From the IMG/VR virus record IMGVR_UViG_3300003320_000853: 64,000 nt of DNA; one strand, written 5' to 3'. Each line of letters opens with the position of its first letter. Position 1 is the first letter of the stretch. Below, piece after piece: positions 1 through 8,909 of the stretch. The notes beneath the pieces are model-generated. The model searched no databases, was not told the DNA's origin, and saw only the letters and a program-made list of their open reading frames with translations. The DNA comes from a virus (lineage: Duplodnaviria; Caudoviricetes). Position numbers and translations under genes: made by a program.

Positions 1-1
1 C

Positions 2-1549
2 GAGGAGGCGAAGCTCCTTGGCACCTACCTCGACAAGCTCTGCAACAACTTCGACTCCCACGTCAAGACGCTCTCCGAGATGCGCTTCAACTTCAAGCAA
101 ACGGGGGCCGAGACGGGGAGGTTCTCAGCCCCGGCGCAGAAGGACAAGGTGTCCCACGGGTTCGCTGGGCTCCCGATCCACGGGGTGCCCAACTCGACGG
201 CTTTCCGAGCTCTCTTCGAGGCTCGGGAGGGGTACGCGATGGTCAAGTGCGACTATGCGGGGCAGGAGCTTCGTGTCGTCGCCAACGTCTCCGGAGAACC
301 TGTCTGGATCAAGGAGTTCCTGGAGGGCACCGGCGATCTTCACAGCATCACGGCCCGGGCCTTCTTCAACAAGCCCGAGGTGACCAAGGAGGAGCGCGGC
401 AAGGGCAAGATCGCCAACTTCGCCCTCATCTACGGCGGCGGCGCCGCCGCGATCATGCGAGCTACGGGATGCGACAAGGTCGAGGGCCAGCGGCGCAAGC
501 AAGCGTTCGACAAGGCGGTGCCGGTCTTCGCCAACTGGCTCAAGAGTCAGCACGCTCGGGTCAAGAAGGAGAAGGGTGTCTGGACGCCCTTCGGCCGATG
601 GATCTCGATTCCGGATGCCACCGTGAAGGAAGGGGATGTCCTCAACGGGCACACCCTCACGTGGCAGGAGGCCAAGAAGATCCAGGCTGCATGCGAACGA
701 AACGCCGTCAACGCCCCCATCCAGGGTGCCGGCGCGGACATCATGAAGATCAGCATGGTCCTGCTCCACAAGGAGTTTCACCGGCGCGGCTGGCTTCGGG
801 ATGGCGGGGACGACTCGGTGCGGATGCTCCTCACCGTTCACGACGAGCTCGTCTTCGAGATCCGCTACGATCGTGTCGCCGAAGCTCTCCCGATCATCGT
901 CGAGCAGATGGAGATGCCGTGGAAGATGGCCCGGCCTCCCTATTCGCCTCCGTGGCAGGTTCCGCTCATTGTCGAGCCCCTCATCGGGTTCAACTGGGGC
1001 GCCGGGTACAAGGTCGAGCGCTACAGCGAAAAGCACCCGATCAAGGACACACAGGTGGTCATGCACGGGTACGTCTACTCCCTCACGCGTGTCTGCGAGA
1101 AGGAGAACGAGATCCAGGAGAACGAGACCATCGTCAAGGCGAACGAGAAGGACGGAAAGAAGACGTGGACGGTGCGTCTGACGGATCCGCCTCCGTGGGT
1201 GCGCGACATCAAGGACGTCCCTCCGCCTCCCACGCCGCCCTCCACGGGCGCGGAGCCGCCTCCACCCGCCTCTCCCAGGCCGGCGCCCGCCCCGGTCTCC
1301 ACGACGCCGAAGAATGGGAAGATCGCCACCATTCGGCTCAAGGAGCTGACCCCGACGTCGATCCGACAGGTGCGAGGGGTGTGTGCTCAGCACATCGACA
1401 TCGACAAGGGCACCATCCTGCGTCTCATCGACCCCTACGGGGAGCTGCTCATTGATCCCAAGCTCGGGGTGATGGTCGATCCTGAGATGGTCGCGGCGAC
1501 GCTGCGAGAGCTGCATCTGTCGGACGGCCTCTACGTCCTCAACGCATAA
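2..1549 (+). CDS. polA: DNA polymerase family A, C-terminal part (5' truncated by window)
   Basis: Open frame from base 2; TGRFS, motif A DYAGQELRV, motif B RGKGKIANFALIYG, NAPIQGAGADIMK, motif C TVHDEL. Confidence 0.95.
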   Translation, partial: EEAKLLGTYLDKLCNNFDSHVKTLSEMRFNFKQTGAETGRFSAPAQKDKVSHGFAGLPIHGVPNSTAFRALFEAREGYAMVKCDYAGQELRVVANVSGEPVWIKEFLEGTGDLHSITARAFFNKPEVTKEERGKGKIANFALIYGGGAAAIMRATGCDKVEGQRRKQAFDKAVPVFANWLKSQHARVKKEKGVWTPFGRWISIPDATVKEGDVLNGHTLTWQEAKKIQAACERNAVNAPIQGAGADIMKISMVLLHKEFHRRGWLRDGGDDSVRMLLTVHDELVFEIRYDRVAEALPIIVEQMEMPWKMARPPYSPPWQVPLIVEPLIGFNWGAGYKVERYSEKHPIKDTQVVMHGYVYSLTRVCEKENEIQENETIVKANEKDGKKTWTVRLTDPPPWVRDIKDVPPPPTPPSTGAEPPPPASPRPAPAPVSTTPKNGKIATIRLKELTPTSIRQVRGVCAQHIDIDKGTILRLIDPYGELLIDPKLGVMVDPEMVAATLRELHLSDGLYVLNA

Positions 1550-1590
1550 TCCTGGCGTCTGCTCGACCGTTCGGGTAGGATCGGCCCCGG

Positions 1591-2178
1591 ATGGGTATGC
1601 CTCGACGCGATCTCTTCGGCGAATGCAACGTGGACGGAGCACCGATCGACGTGTTCTCCGCGGAGTGCTGCGTTCGTTGTATCAACCCGGAGTGCACCCG
1701 CTCGGCCCGTGGGGGGAAGTTCGAGCTTCGCGTCCAGACGTGGCAGGATCGTCTCTTCGACAACCCTGCCAGGATGCGCCCGGACGATCCCCGCTATCGC
1801 AGTATCGCCGGACAGAATTTCCTGGCGGTCGATGTAGGGCCTGTACCCAACGTGCGGGGGTCGAGTGGATGGATCGATCCCCTAGCCGTGAAGGAAGCGA
1901 AGCGGGCCGAGCTCGTGGCCATGGCCGAGAAGGCCGGACCGCTTCCCACGACGGCGCTCGCATCGGCAGAGGCCGTCGCGGAGCCGAAGCCCAAGCCGCC
2001 AAGTCCCAGGCACCTTCTCCTCGCCAACGCGCCGGATCAGTCTGGCAAGACGGTCGGGCCTGCTCCAGCTCCTCCGGCTCCGAAGCCCGATCCGTGGGTT
2101 CAGAAGTCTCCTCCAGCCTCTCCAGGGACGATCATTTCTCCTGGGGCGACTGTGAAATTCGGGGGCGGTGGTGTATAG
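1591..2178 (+). CDS. hypothetical protein, Cys-rich N-terminus and Pro-rich C-terminus
   Basis: 195-aa ORF fills the gap between genes; ECCVRCINPEC. Confidence 0.75.
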   Translation: MGMPRRDLFGECNVDGAPIDVFSAECCVRCINPECTRSARGGKFELRVQTWQDRLFDNPARMRPDDPRYRSIAGQNFLAVDVGPVPNVRGSSGWIDPLAVKEAKRAELVAMAEKAGPLPTTALASAEAVAEPKPKPPSPRHLLLANAPDQSGKTVGPAPAPPAPKPDPWVQKSPPASPGTIISPGATVKFGGGGV

Positions 2179-2218
2179 CAAGGGGGAACAGCCAGCCAAC
2201 GGGCAGGAGTAAGAACTC

Positions 2219-2398
2219 ATGATGCGGATCAAGGCGACCATCAAGAAGGATGGCCAGGTGGTGACCGAGGTCGTGGAGCGGAACGAGCACCTCTGCTCAC
2301 AGGTGTATCAGGTCACGAACGCGCTCGGCAGGCAGGTGTCCGACGAGAACATCGGCCCCGAGTGCGACACCCAGACCGAAGGCGTCAGCGGGTCCTAG
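2219..2398 (+). CDS. DUF2997-like small protein (not in ORF track)
   Basis: MMRIKATIKKDGQVVTEV...C...T.ALG pattern; AGGAG upstream; precedes DUF1257-like and AAA genes. Confidence 0.75.
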   Translation: MMRIKATIKKDGQVVTEVVERNEHLCSQVYQVTNALGRQVSDENIGPECDTQTEGVSGS

Positions 2399-2448
2399 CC
2401 TTCGGGCCGTCCCGCTCTAGTTCCAGTAGAGAAGAGAGGATCACGAAC

Positions 2449-2778
2449 ATGTCCCACAGGGTCACGACCGAGACCGAGATGACGGATCGGACTCTGGTGA
2501 AGTCCGCCTGCAAGCAGCAGGGCGTCAATTTCACCGAATCCGGCGACACCATGCACTTCACCGGCGGGCCGCTCAACGGCGCGACGCTGAACCTCAAGAC
2601 CGGCCAGATCACCGGCGACACCGACTACGGTCACAGCCGGGCGTCGCTCGGCGCCCTCAAGCAGGCGTACGGCGAGGCGAAGTACCTCTTCGAGTGCCAG
2701 AAGCAGGGCATCCAGGTCGAGTCGCGCACCGTCGACACCAAGACCGGCGACATCATCCTGATGCTGGCGATGGCCTGA
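2449..2778 (+). CDS. DUF1257-like protein
   Basis: MSHRVTTETEMTDRTLVKSAC...LKQAYG...QG; GAGGA SD; typical gene context. Confidence 0.75.
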   Translation: MSHRVTTETEMTDRTLVKSACKQQGVNFTESGDTMHFTGGPLNGATLNLKTGQITGDTDYGHSRASLGALKQAYGEAKYLFECQKQGIQVESRTVDTKTGDIILMLAMA

Positions 2779-2812
2779 TCCCCGGCCACGTCGGCGCGGG
2801 CCGACGCTCGGG

Positions 2813-2855
2813 TGCGAACGCCCGCCCTACGCAAGGGGGCGGGCGTTCGCATTTT
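2813..2855 (+). terminator. intrinsic terminator
   Basis: TGCGAACGCCCGCCC / GGGCGGGCGTTCGCA 15-bp stem followed by TTTT. Confidence 0.8.
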
Positions 2856-2873
2856 AGGGTTTGATTCGTAAAC

Positions 2874-2879
2874 GGTGTA
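2874..2879 (+). promoter_or_regulatory. GGTGTA promoter element (representative of 26 copies)
   Basis: 10 nt before ATG 2890; the same element lies 9-12 nt before many other starts on both strands. Confidence 0.75.
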
Positions 2880-2889
2880 GAGGGATCCC

Positions 2890-4506
2890 ATGTCGAGCGA
2901 GAGCGCAACGTCCAGCGATTTCATCTTCCACCTCCGGGCCTTGTCCCGCGTGATCTACGTAGTGACAGACGAGGAAGACCGCTTCATCGTCCGGCTGCGG
3001 GACATGCTCGCCAAGGCCAGGAACACGACTTCTGGCACGTACTATGTCGATCGGTGCTGGGTCTATACCAGCACGTTCGGGATGGTGCCGATCAAGTCGC
3101 TGATCCAGGACTGGACGACGAAGGCCCATGTGGTGGACACGGACACGCTCGGGTTCCACCAGGCCATGGAGAAGATTTACAAGGACGACCCCAAGGAGGA
3201 GCGCAATTTCTACGTCATCACGGACCCGGAGCGCTGGATCACCGATCCGCAGATGTGCCGGCGCGTCCTGAACGTGATCCACCAGGTGCACAACGACAAT
3301 CGGACCTTGAAGATCCTGATCTTCGTGTCGCACCGCAAGGTGATCCCCGACGTCCTGGCGAATTACATCGAAGTCGTGCACGACACGATGGACGCGGAGC
3401 ACACCATGGCGGTCGTCGAGGCGGCCTGCAAGCACCTCCCCGGCGTCGAGCCGCCCCCGAACGTGCTCAACCTCTTCAAGGGGCTGACTGGTTTCCAGGT
3501 CGACATGGCCATCGCGCAGTCGATCACGGCCACGAAGAAGGATCCGAGGGGGCCGAAGCGGATCGATCCGGCGATCATCGCCGACTACAAGCGCCGGCAG
3601 CTCAGGAAGACCAGCCTCGTGACCTATCTCGACCAGCTCCCGAGCTTCGATGAGGTCGGCGGCAACGACCGCTTCAAAGAGTGGGCGAAGGAAACCAAGT
3701 CCGCGTGGAGCGAGGAGGGTCAGCGCTTCGGTCTCAAGCCGCCGAAGGGTGTGCTCCTCGTCGGCATCTGGGGCTGCGCCAAGTCGCTCTCCTCGAAGGC
3801 CATGGCGCGGGAGTGGGGTCTGCCCGTCGTTGCTCTGGAGATGGGCAAGCTCCGCTCGGCGAACGTCGGCCAGTCGGAGCAGAACGTCTACCAGGCGATC
3901 CGCATCATCGAGGCGGCGGCCCCGTGTGTCGTGTGGGTCGACGAGGCCGAGAAGACGCTCTCGGGCGGCCAGTCGAGCGCTCAGAGCGATGCCGGTACGA
4001 CCAGCCGGACGATCGGCATCCTGTCGACGTGGCTCCAGGAGACGACGGCCCAGGTATGCCTCGCGCTCACCGCGAACGGCCTCAAGACGCTCCCCGTGGA
4101 GTTCGTGAACCGCATGGACGAGCGGTTCTTCTTCGACCTCCCGAACGACGACGAGCGGATCGAGATCCTCCGCATCCATCTCCGCAAGGCGGGGCAGAAG
4201 CCGGAGAACTATCAGCTCGCGGAGCTTGCCGAGAAGGCCCGGGGCATGGTCGGTCGCGAGATCGAGCAGGCCATCCAGGCCGCGATGCGGAAGAGCTTCG
4301 TGACCCGCCGTCCGCAGCTCGACGAGAAGGTTCTCCTCGACATCCTCGGAAGCAAGCCCCGTATCCTCAAGACCATGGTCGACGACGTTCGCGAGCTGGT
4401 CGAGTGGGTCGGCTTCGACCCCGACGCGAACGACGGGATCAAGGCCCGTCTCGCCTCGGCTCCCCGGGAAGGCAGCTCGTTCAAGATCGTTGGCGCGGAT
4501 GGCTGA
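2890..4506 (+). CDS. Ycf46-like AAA+ ATPase
   Basis: Walker A GIWGCAKS, Walker B VWVDEAEK, SRH TAN...RMDERFFFDLP; N-terminal inactive AAA-like domain. Confidence 0.88.
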   Translation: MSSESATSSDFIFHLRALSRVIYVVTDEEDRFIVRLRDMLAKARNTTSGTYYVDRCWVYTSTFGMVPIKSLIQDWTTKAHVVDTDTLGFHQAMEKIYKDDPKEERNFYVITDPERWITDPQMCRRVLNVIHQVHNDNRTLKILIFVSHRKVIPDVLANYIEVVHDTMDAEHTMAVVEAACKHLPGVEPPPNVLNLFKGLTGFQVDMAIAQSITATKKDPRGPKRIDPAIIADYKRRQLRKTSLVTYLDQLPSFDEVGGNDRFKEWAKETKSAWSEEGQRFGLKPPKGVLLVGIWGCAKSLSSKAMAREWGLPVVALEMGKLRSANVGQSEQNVYQAIRIIEAAAPCVVWVDEAEKTLSGGQSSAQSDAGTTSRTIGILSTWLQETTAQVCLALTANGLKTLPVEFVNRMDERFFFDLPNDDERIEILRIHLRKAGQKPENYQLAELAEKARGMVGREIEQAIQAAMRKSFVTRRPQLDEKVLLDILGSKPRILKTMVDDVRELVEWVGFDPDANDGIKARLASAPREGSSFKIVGADG

Positions 4507-5695
4507 CACCGATCTGGTTCCCCTCGCTCCCGCGATTCAGACTCCTGCGGATCCCGTGGCGGGAGTTCTCATCTGCGCTCGCCACGAGATCCAGAGGAAC
4601 CCCGCGCTCCGCCAGCTCTTCCAGCGGGCGGAGCGCGAGGGGTGGGACGCGGAGTATGCGGCGCGTGTCATCGCCAACGGTCTCGAAGACAAGATCCATG
4701 TAGACTTCTCGGATCTTCGCGAGGCCGCCCGTTACCTCTTCGACGAATACCGGCAGCTCGGCCCAGGAATGCTCGTTCTCCTGCCCACGGGGCGAGCGCT
4801 CTACAAGGTGACCGAGGACGACCTCTGGCAGCCCCCGGAGGTCGTCCGGGAGGACGGACGGACGATCGTTCCCTCGCCTCGCCTCCGGCCAGAGCTCCAC
4901 GGCTTCCTCGTCCAGTGGATCTTCGAGGAGGCCCGAGACGCGCAAGTCCTCGCCGAGACGCAGGCCTCCCTCCCCACGACGAACTTCCTCGCCGAGACCG
5001 GAGACCCAAGGCTTCAGCTCGTCACGCGAGCCGGTCGGAAGACCATCGTCGAGGAGATCCGGGATCGACTGCCGAGTCTCCTCACTGGAGGCTGGATCGG
5101 CACCGAGGGCTTGTTCCTGGGCCACTTCCACGTGCGCCGCGACGATCCCGCCGAAGATCCCGTCGTCACCTCGAACACGGATCTTCGTCCCCTCATCCAG
5201 AGCGTGGCGATGGCGAGGATCCGCGTCGGACTTCAGGACGTGAAGTCGTTCAACCTCCAGTTCGACCACAAGCGCATGATCCTGCATCAGATCGTGTCGC
5301 AGTGGATCGCCGAGATCGCCCGATCGCTCACCCTGGCCGCCCATCAACGTGGGGGCCGGCACATCCTCTTCCGAGACTTCACGCCGACAGACATCCACTA
5401 TGGGGCCTGCATTGTCAGTCCCGAGGAGTATCGTGCGATCCGGGATACTTCCCTTCGGCGGAATATGCACCTGTTCCTCCCCGTCCCCGGAGCGCGAAGC
5501 ACATCCCTCTCGGGATTGGTGGGGATCCTCGCCATGTGCCCGGACGGGTACGAACTTCGGGCACGAGAAGTCCACGATCGGTGGGAGATCCTCGCGAAGT
5601 GCGAATATACCCTCTGGCTCAACTGGAACTACATCGACCCGTTCGTTCTGGAGGAGCTTCCCATCGTCCCCCCACACACGGAGGTCGTGCGATGA
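4499..5695 (+). CDS. hypothetical protein (possible degenerate capsid-fold paralog)
   Basis: About 400-aa ORF overlapping the AAA stop; the fold suggestion is tentative. Confidence 0.7.
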   Translation: MADTDLVPLAPAIQTPADPVAGVLICARHEIQRNPALRQLFQRAEREGWDAEYAARVIANGLEDKIHVDFSDLREAARYLFDEYRQLGPGMLVLLPTGRALYKVTEDDLWQPPEVVREDGRTIVPSPRLRPELHGFLVQWIFEEARDAQVLAETQASLPTTNFLAETGDPRLQLVTRAGRKTIVEEIRDRLPSLLTGGWIGTEGLFLGHFHVRRDDPAEDPVVTSNTDLRPLIQSVAMARIRVGLQDVKSFNLQFDHKRMILHQIVSQWIAEIARSLTLAAHQRGGRHILFRDFTPTDIHYGACIVSPEEYRAIRDTSLRRNMHLFLPVPGARSTSLSGLVGILAMCPDGYELRAREVHDRWEILAKCEYTLWLNWNYIDPFVLEELPIVPPHTEVVR

Positions 5696-5937
5696 GAAAA
5701 GGCCAGTTCTACGTCTTCAACGTGTTCGCCGTGGAAGAGGTCGATCTTCCTGAGCACTTCCTCGTCATCGAGCCGGGGCTGAATACCTTCTCGGCTGTCG
5801 TGGAAGACCTCGACGCCTTCACCCGCATGCTCACCGAGGCCAAGGTCACCGTGCGGAAGGTACATACAATCGGGGAAATCGACCCCGCGGCCGACGGTCT
5901 CTCGACCTTCCAACTCCCGGGAACGGAGGGCACGTGA
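5692..5937 (+). CDS. hypothetical protein
   Basis: ATGA overlap with the upstream stop; MRKGQFYVFNV. Confidence 0.7.
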   Translation: MRKGQFYVFNVFAVEEVDLPEHFLVIEPGLNTFSAVVEDLDAFTRMLTEAKVTVRKVHTIGEIDPAADGLSTFQLPGTEGT

Positions 5938-6260
5938 TCGGCAAGCCTTCGATCGACAACTTGGTCGGCAAGTTCCTCTTCCCCATCATCAAGACCAAAC
6001 CTGTCCCTGACCCTTACAAGGGCGAGCGTTGCGTGTACGAGCCTGGCATCTGCATGCGCCAGGGCTGCGGCGAGCCTCGTTGGAACGAGCCGCCGATGGA
6101 TTCGGTGCTCTGTCGGGATCATACGCAGGAAGTTCTTCGTGGAGAGGCCAAGGCACCCCCGCTCCGTCCCGTTCTTGACTACGTGAGCACCGCCCGCAGG
6201 TCTTGGCTCGTCGAGCAATTCCCGGATCTTCCGGTGAAGGACGACCCCGAAGCTTCGTGA
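5934..6260 (+). CDS. hypothetical protein with Cys/His cluster
   Basis: GTGA overlap; C..C...C..H. Confidence 0.7.
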   Translation: MIGKPSIDNLVGKFLFPIIKTKPVPDPYKGERCVYEPGICMRQGCGEPRWNEPPMDSVLCRDHTQEVLRGEAKAPPLRPVLDYVSTARRSWLVEQFPDLPVKDDPEAS

Positions 6261-6280
6261 TCCCGGTGTAGCCGCGGGGG

Positions 6281-6745
6281 ATGATCTACATCTCCTCGTC
6301 CTGGAAGAACCGCGCCCGCGTCCGAGACTTCGCCGAGAAGCTTCGAGCGCTCGGGATCGACGTCTACGACTTCACGGATCCCTCGTGCCGAGATACGCCG
6401 GAGATCCCGCCCGAGACCTTCCCGGAGGAGTTCGACCCCGAGAAGCACGACTACGAGACCTACCTCCGGGCCGCCCCCGAGTGGAAGAGCGCGGTCTTCT
6501 GCAACCGGCGAGCGTTGGAGCGATGCTCCGGCGTCGTCCTGCTCCTCCCGTGCGGTCTTGACGCTCATTCGGACTGGGCTTTCGCACATGGGCGAGGGAA
6601 GCCTTCCTGCATCGTCGGCGCGCCGAAAGCGGGGGATCGGATCCCGACCCATCTCTGGGCCGATGCGTTCGCGAAGACTGATGCGGAGGGCATTGCCTGG
6701 TGCAAGCGCCTCTATACTCGTCTACGCGACGCCCGCCTGGTGTAG
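6281..6745 (+). CDS. nucleoside 2-deoxyribosyltransferase-like protein
   Basis: IYISSSW, VYDF, VLLLPCG..AH.D.AFA.G.GKP pattern. Confidence 0.7.
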   Translation: MIYISSSWKNRARVRDFAEKLRALGIDVYDFTDPSCRDTPEIPPETFPEEFDPEKHDYETYLRAAPEWKSAVFCNRRALERCSGVVLLLPCGLDAHSDWAFAHGRGKPSCIVGAPKAGDRIPTHLWADAFAKTDAEGIAWCKRLYTRLRDARLV

Positions 6746-6755
6746 GGCGCCGGGC

Positions 6756-7241
6756 ATGAGCCGGATCTGCAATCGGCCGGGATGTGGGAAGACCCTCCCT
6801 GCCGATCGCAAGAATCCCCGTTGTCGAGACTGCCAACGGGAGGCAATGGCGAAAGTTCGCGCCAAGGATCCGGAGACTTTCGATCGCCTCAAGTACGAGC
6901 GGCGTCAGAACTGGTACCAATTGAACCCCGAGCGAGGTCGGGCGATTGCCAAGAAGACGCGGGACAAGCTGCGCCAAGAATTTCTGAACGCCTACGGAAA
7001 TCGGTGTACATGCTGCGGGGAAGCGGAGCCCGCTTTCTTGACCGTTGAGCATCTTGCAAGGGATGGCCATCAGCACCGATCAAGGGTGGGAGGGGATTCA
7101 ACCTCTGTCCTCCGAGATTTGAAGCGTCGCGATTGGCCGCCAAATTACACGATACTTTGCTTCAACTGTAACCACGCGAAGTGGATCTTGGGGGCATGCC
7201 CCCACCAGAGGGTACATGCGAAGATTTCTACTGGACATTGA
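6756..7241 (+). CDS. HNH endonuclease
   Basis: YGNRCTCCGE..LTVEH...LCFNCN; GGTGTA 11 nt upstream; visibly lower GC. Confidence 0.8.
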   Translation: MSRICNRPGCGKTLPADRKNPRCRDCQREAMAKVRAKDPETFDRLKYERRQNWYQLNPERGRAIAKKTRDKLRQEFLNAYGNRCTCCGEAEPAFLTVEHLARDGHQHRSRVGGDSTSVLRDLKRRDWPPNYTILCFNCNHAKWILGACPHQRVHAKISTGH

Positions 7242-7947
7242 TGGGGTCGTAGCTGACTTCCTCGCCTCGGCGTTCGACATCCTCCACAAGATCACCGGGC
7301 GTCGCTACGTCGCGACCGATCTCCACGACTGGGACATCTTCGAGACGGTGCCCCGAGAGCACGAGGACGCCTTCTACGACGCGTGGGGGGAGCCTGGCAC
7401 ATGCTTCTCCATCCCTGTGATCCCTGGCTCCCACGAGGGCGTCCAGGGACTCCAGGAGCGCGGAGACCTCTACGTCGTCACGTCGCCCATGGCGAGCGTC
7501 AAGACCTGGACCAACGAGCGGGATAGATGGCTCCAGAAGCACTTCGGCATCCCCCACAAGCGCGTCGTTCACACGGCGTCGAAGTTCCTCGTCTCCGGCG
7601 ACGTACTCATCGAGGACAAGCCATCGAACCTCATCAAGTGGTTGGAGCACCACCCCGAGGGCATCGGCATCCTGTGGTCGCAACCGTACAACGAGCGGGT
7701 CAACCTCGGCTCCAGGGTTCATCGTGTCCGGAGCTGGGAGGACGTCTTCGCTGTCCTCGACGCTGCGCCGAAGGAAGATCCCTTCGCGGACTACTTCGAG
7801 ACGGAGCAGAAAGTCGCGGGGGCCGACATCGTCGAGCTCTCCGCCGAAGAGGCCCGGCGGCAAGGGATCCCTGGCCCCGACGTGCTCAAGCATCCGGAGG
7901 GTCATGAGGGTCCTTGCCTCTGCCACGAGTGCATCACCGGAGACTGA
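7216..7947 (+). CDS. 5'(3')-deoxyribonucleotidase (HAD family)
   Basis: LLDIDGVVADF, VTSP, WL..HF, DVLIED.P.N. Confidence 0.88.
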   Translation: MRRFLLDIDGVVADFLASAFDILHKITGRRYVATDLHDWDIFETVPREHEDAFYDAWGEPGTCFSIPVIPGSHEGVQGLQERGDLYVVTSPMASVKTWTNERDRWLQKHFGIPHKRVVHTASKFLVSGDVLIEDKPSNLIKWLEHHPEGIGILWSQPYNERVNLGSRVHRVRSWEDVFAVLDAAPKEDPFADYFETEQKVAGADIVELSAEEARRQGIPGPDVLKHPEGHEGPCLCHECITGD

Positions 7948-7949
7948 CC

Positions 7950-8261
7950 ATGAGCAACGAATGTGAATCTCCGTCGAGCCCCTTCTTCTTCATTCCCGAG
8001 CCATTCAGAGCTGTGTTCAAGCTGATCCAGCCTGGGGATCTGTACGTTCTCACCGAGACCCGGTGGGGGGAATGCGTCGGAATGCGCCACATCAAGGGCG
8101 ATGACTCCGCTCGGGATCTTTTCAACGCGCAGAACAGCCACAATGCCGCCCAACATCTTCGGGGGCGTACGATCTCGGGGCGTGCGCTCCGAAGTTTGAT
8201 CATCGAGCTGGCTCGCGCCGATGGTCGTTACATTCCCCACGCACCTCTGGATGCGGAATGA
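7950..8261 (+). CDS. hypothetical protein
   Basis: ORF tiles between neighbours; GGAG SD. Confidence 0.6.
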   Translation: MSNECESPSSPFFFIPEPFRAVFKLIQPGDLYVLTETRWGECVGMRHIKGDDSARDLFNAQNSHNAAQHLRGRTISGRALRSLIIELARADGRYIPHAPLDAE

Positions 8262-8599
8262 ACCCCTGGTCGTGGATCTACGGGGTCATCGGCGCGGGCC
8301 TCGGAGTTTTCGGGGACTTCATCATCCTCTCATCCTACAAGGACAAGGCCCACGCCACAGTCAAGCTGACGCTCGGGGTTGTCGCCTGGATGTTTTGTGC
8401 GCCGGCATGGTACTTCCTCATCCGAGAGACGCACGGGAAGTACGCGCCGGGGGCCGTCGCCTGGACAACGTCGGGTGCTCTCATGGGCATTGCCCTGGCC
8501 CTCGCTCTTCGTGAGAAGTTGACCTTCTGGCAGTGGGTCGGGTTCGTCATCACTGGTCTCGGGGCCGTGATCCACGCCATAGCAACCCCGAAGGACTGA
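8258..8599 (+). CDS. small four-helix membrane protein (SMR/DMT-like)
   Basis: 113 aa, four hydrophobic segments, REKLT..QW.G motif. Confidence 0.7.
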   Translation: MNPWSWIYGVIGAGLGVFGDFIILSSYKDKAHATVKLTLGVVAWMFCAPAWYFLIRETHGKYAPGAVAWTTSGALMGIALALALREKLTFWQWVGFVITGLGAVIHAIATPKD

Positions 8600-8603
8600 T
8601 GTC

Positions 8604-8903
8604 ATGAAAATTGGGTTCGTCGTCCGCGAGTACATCGGCCGCCCGGTCTACAAGGATCTCGACGCTGAGGGCAATCCTATCCCCCTCATCCGGAGGGAGG
8701 ATCTCCAGGAAGGGGACATCGTGTACGCCTGGGGTGGGCAAATGCAGTTTCGGATCGCTCGCGGAGAACATGGCCATCTTCAAGGTGGGGATGGGAGCCG
8801 CACGATCTTCCTCAACTTCGCTGAGGATGACCGGAAGTGTTGGATCGCCGTGGGCGTCGCCAACCTGAAAGCCCTCAAGAAGCTGGACATCTACAAGGAA
8901 TAG
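8604..8903 (+). CDS. hypothetical protein
   Basis: ORF tiles between neighbours. Confidence 0.65.
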   Translation: MKIGFVVREYIGRPVYKDLDAEGNPIPLIRREDLQEGDIVYAWGGQMQFRIARGEHGHLQGGDGSRTIFLNFAEDDRKCWIAVGVANLKALKKLDIYKE

Positions 8904-8909
8904 GATTGC

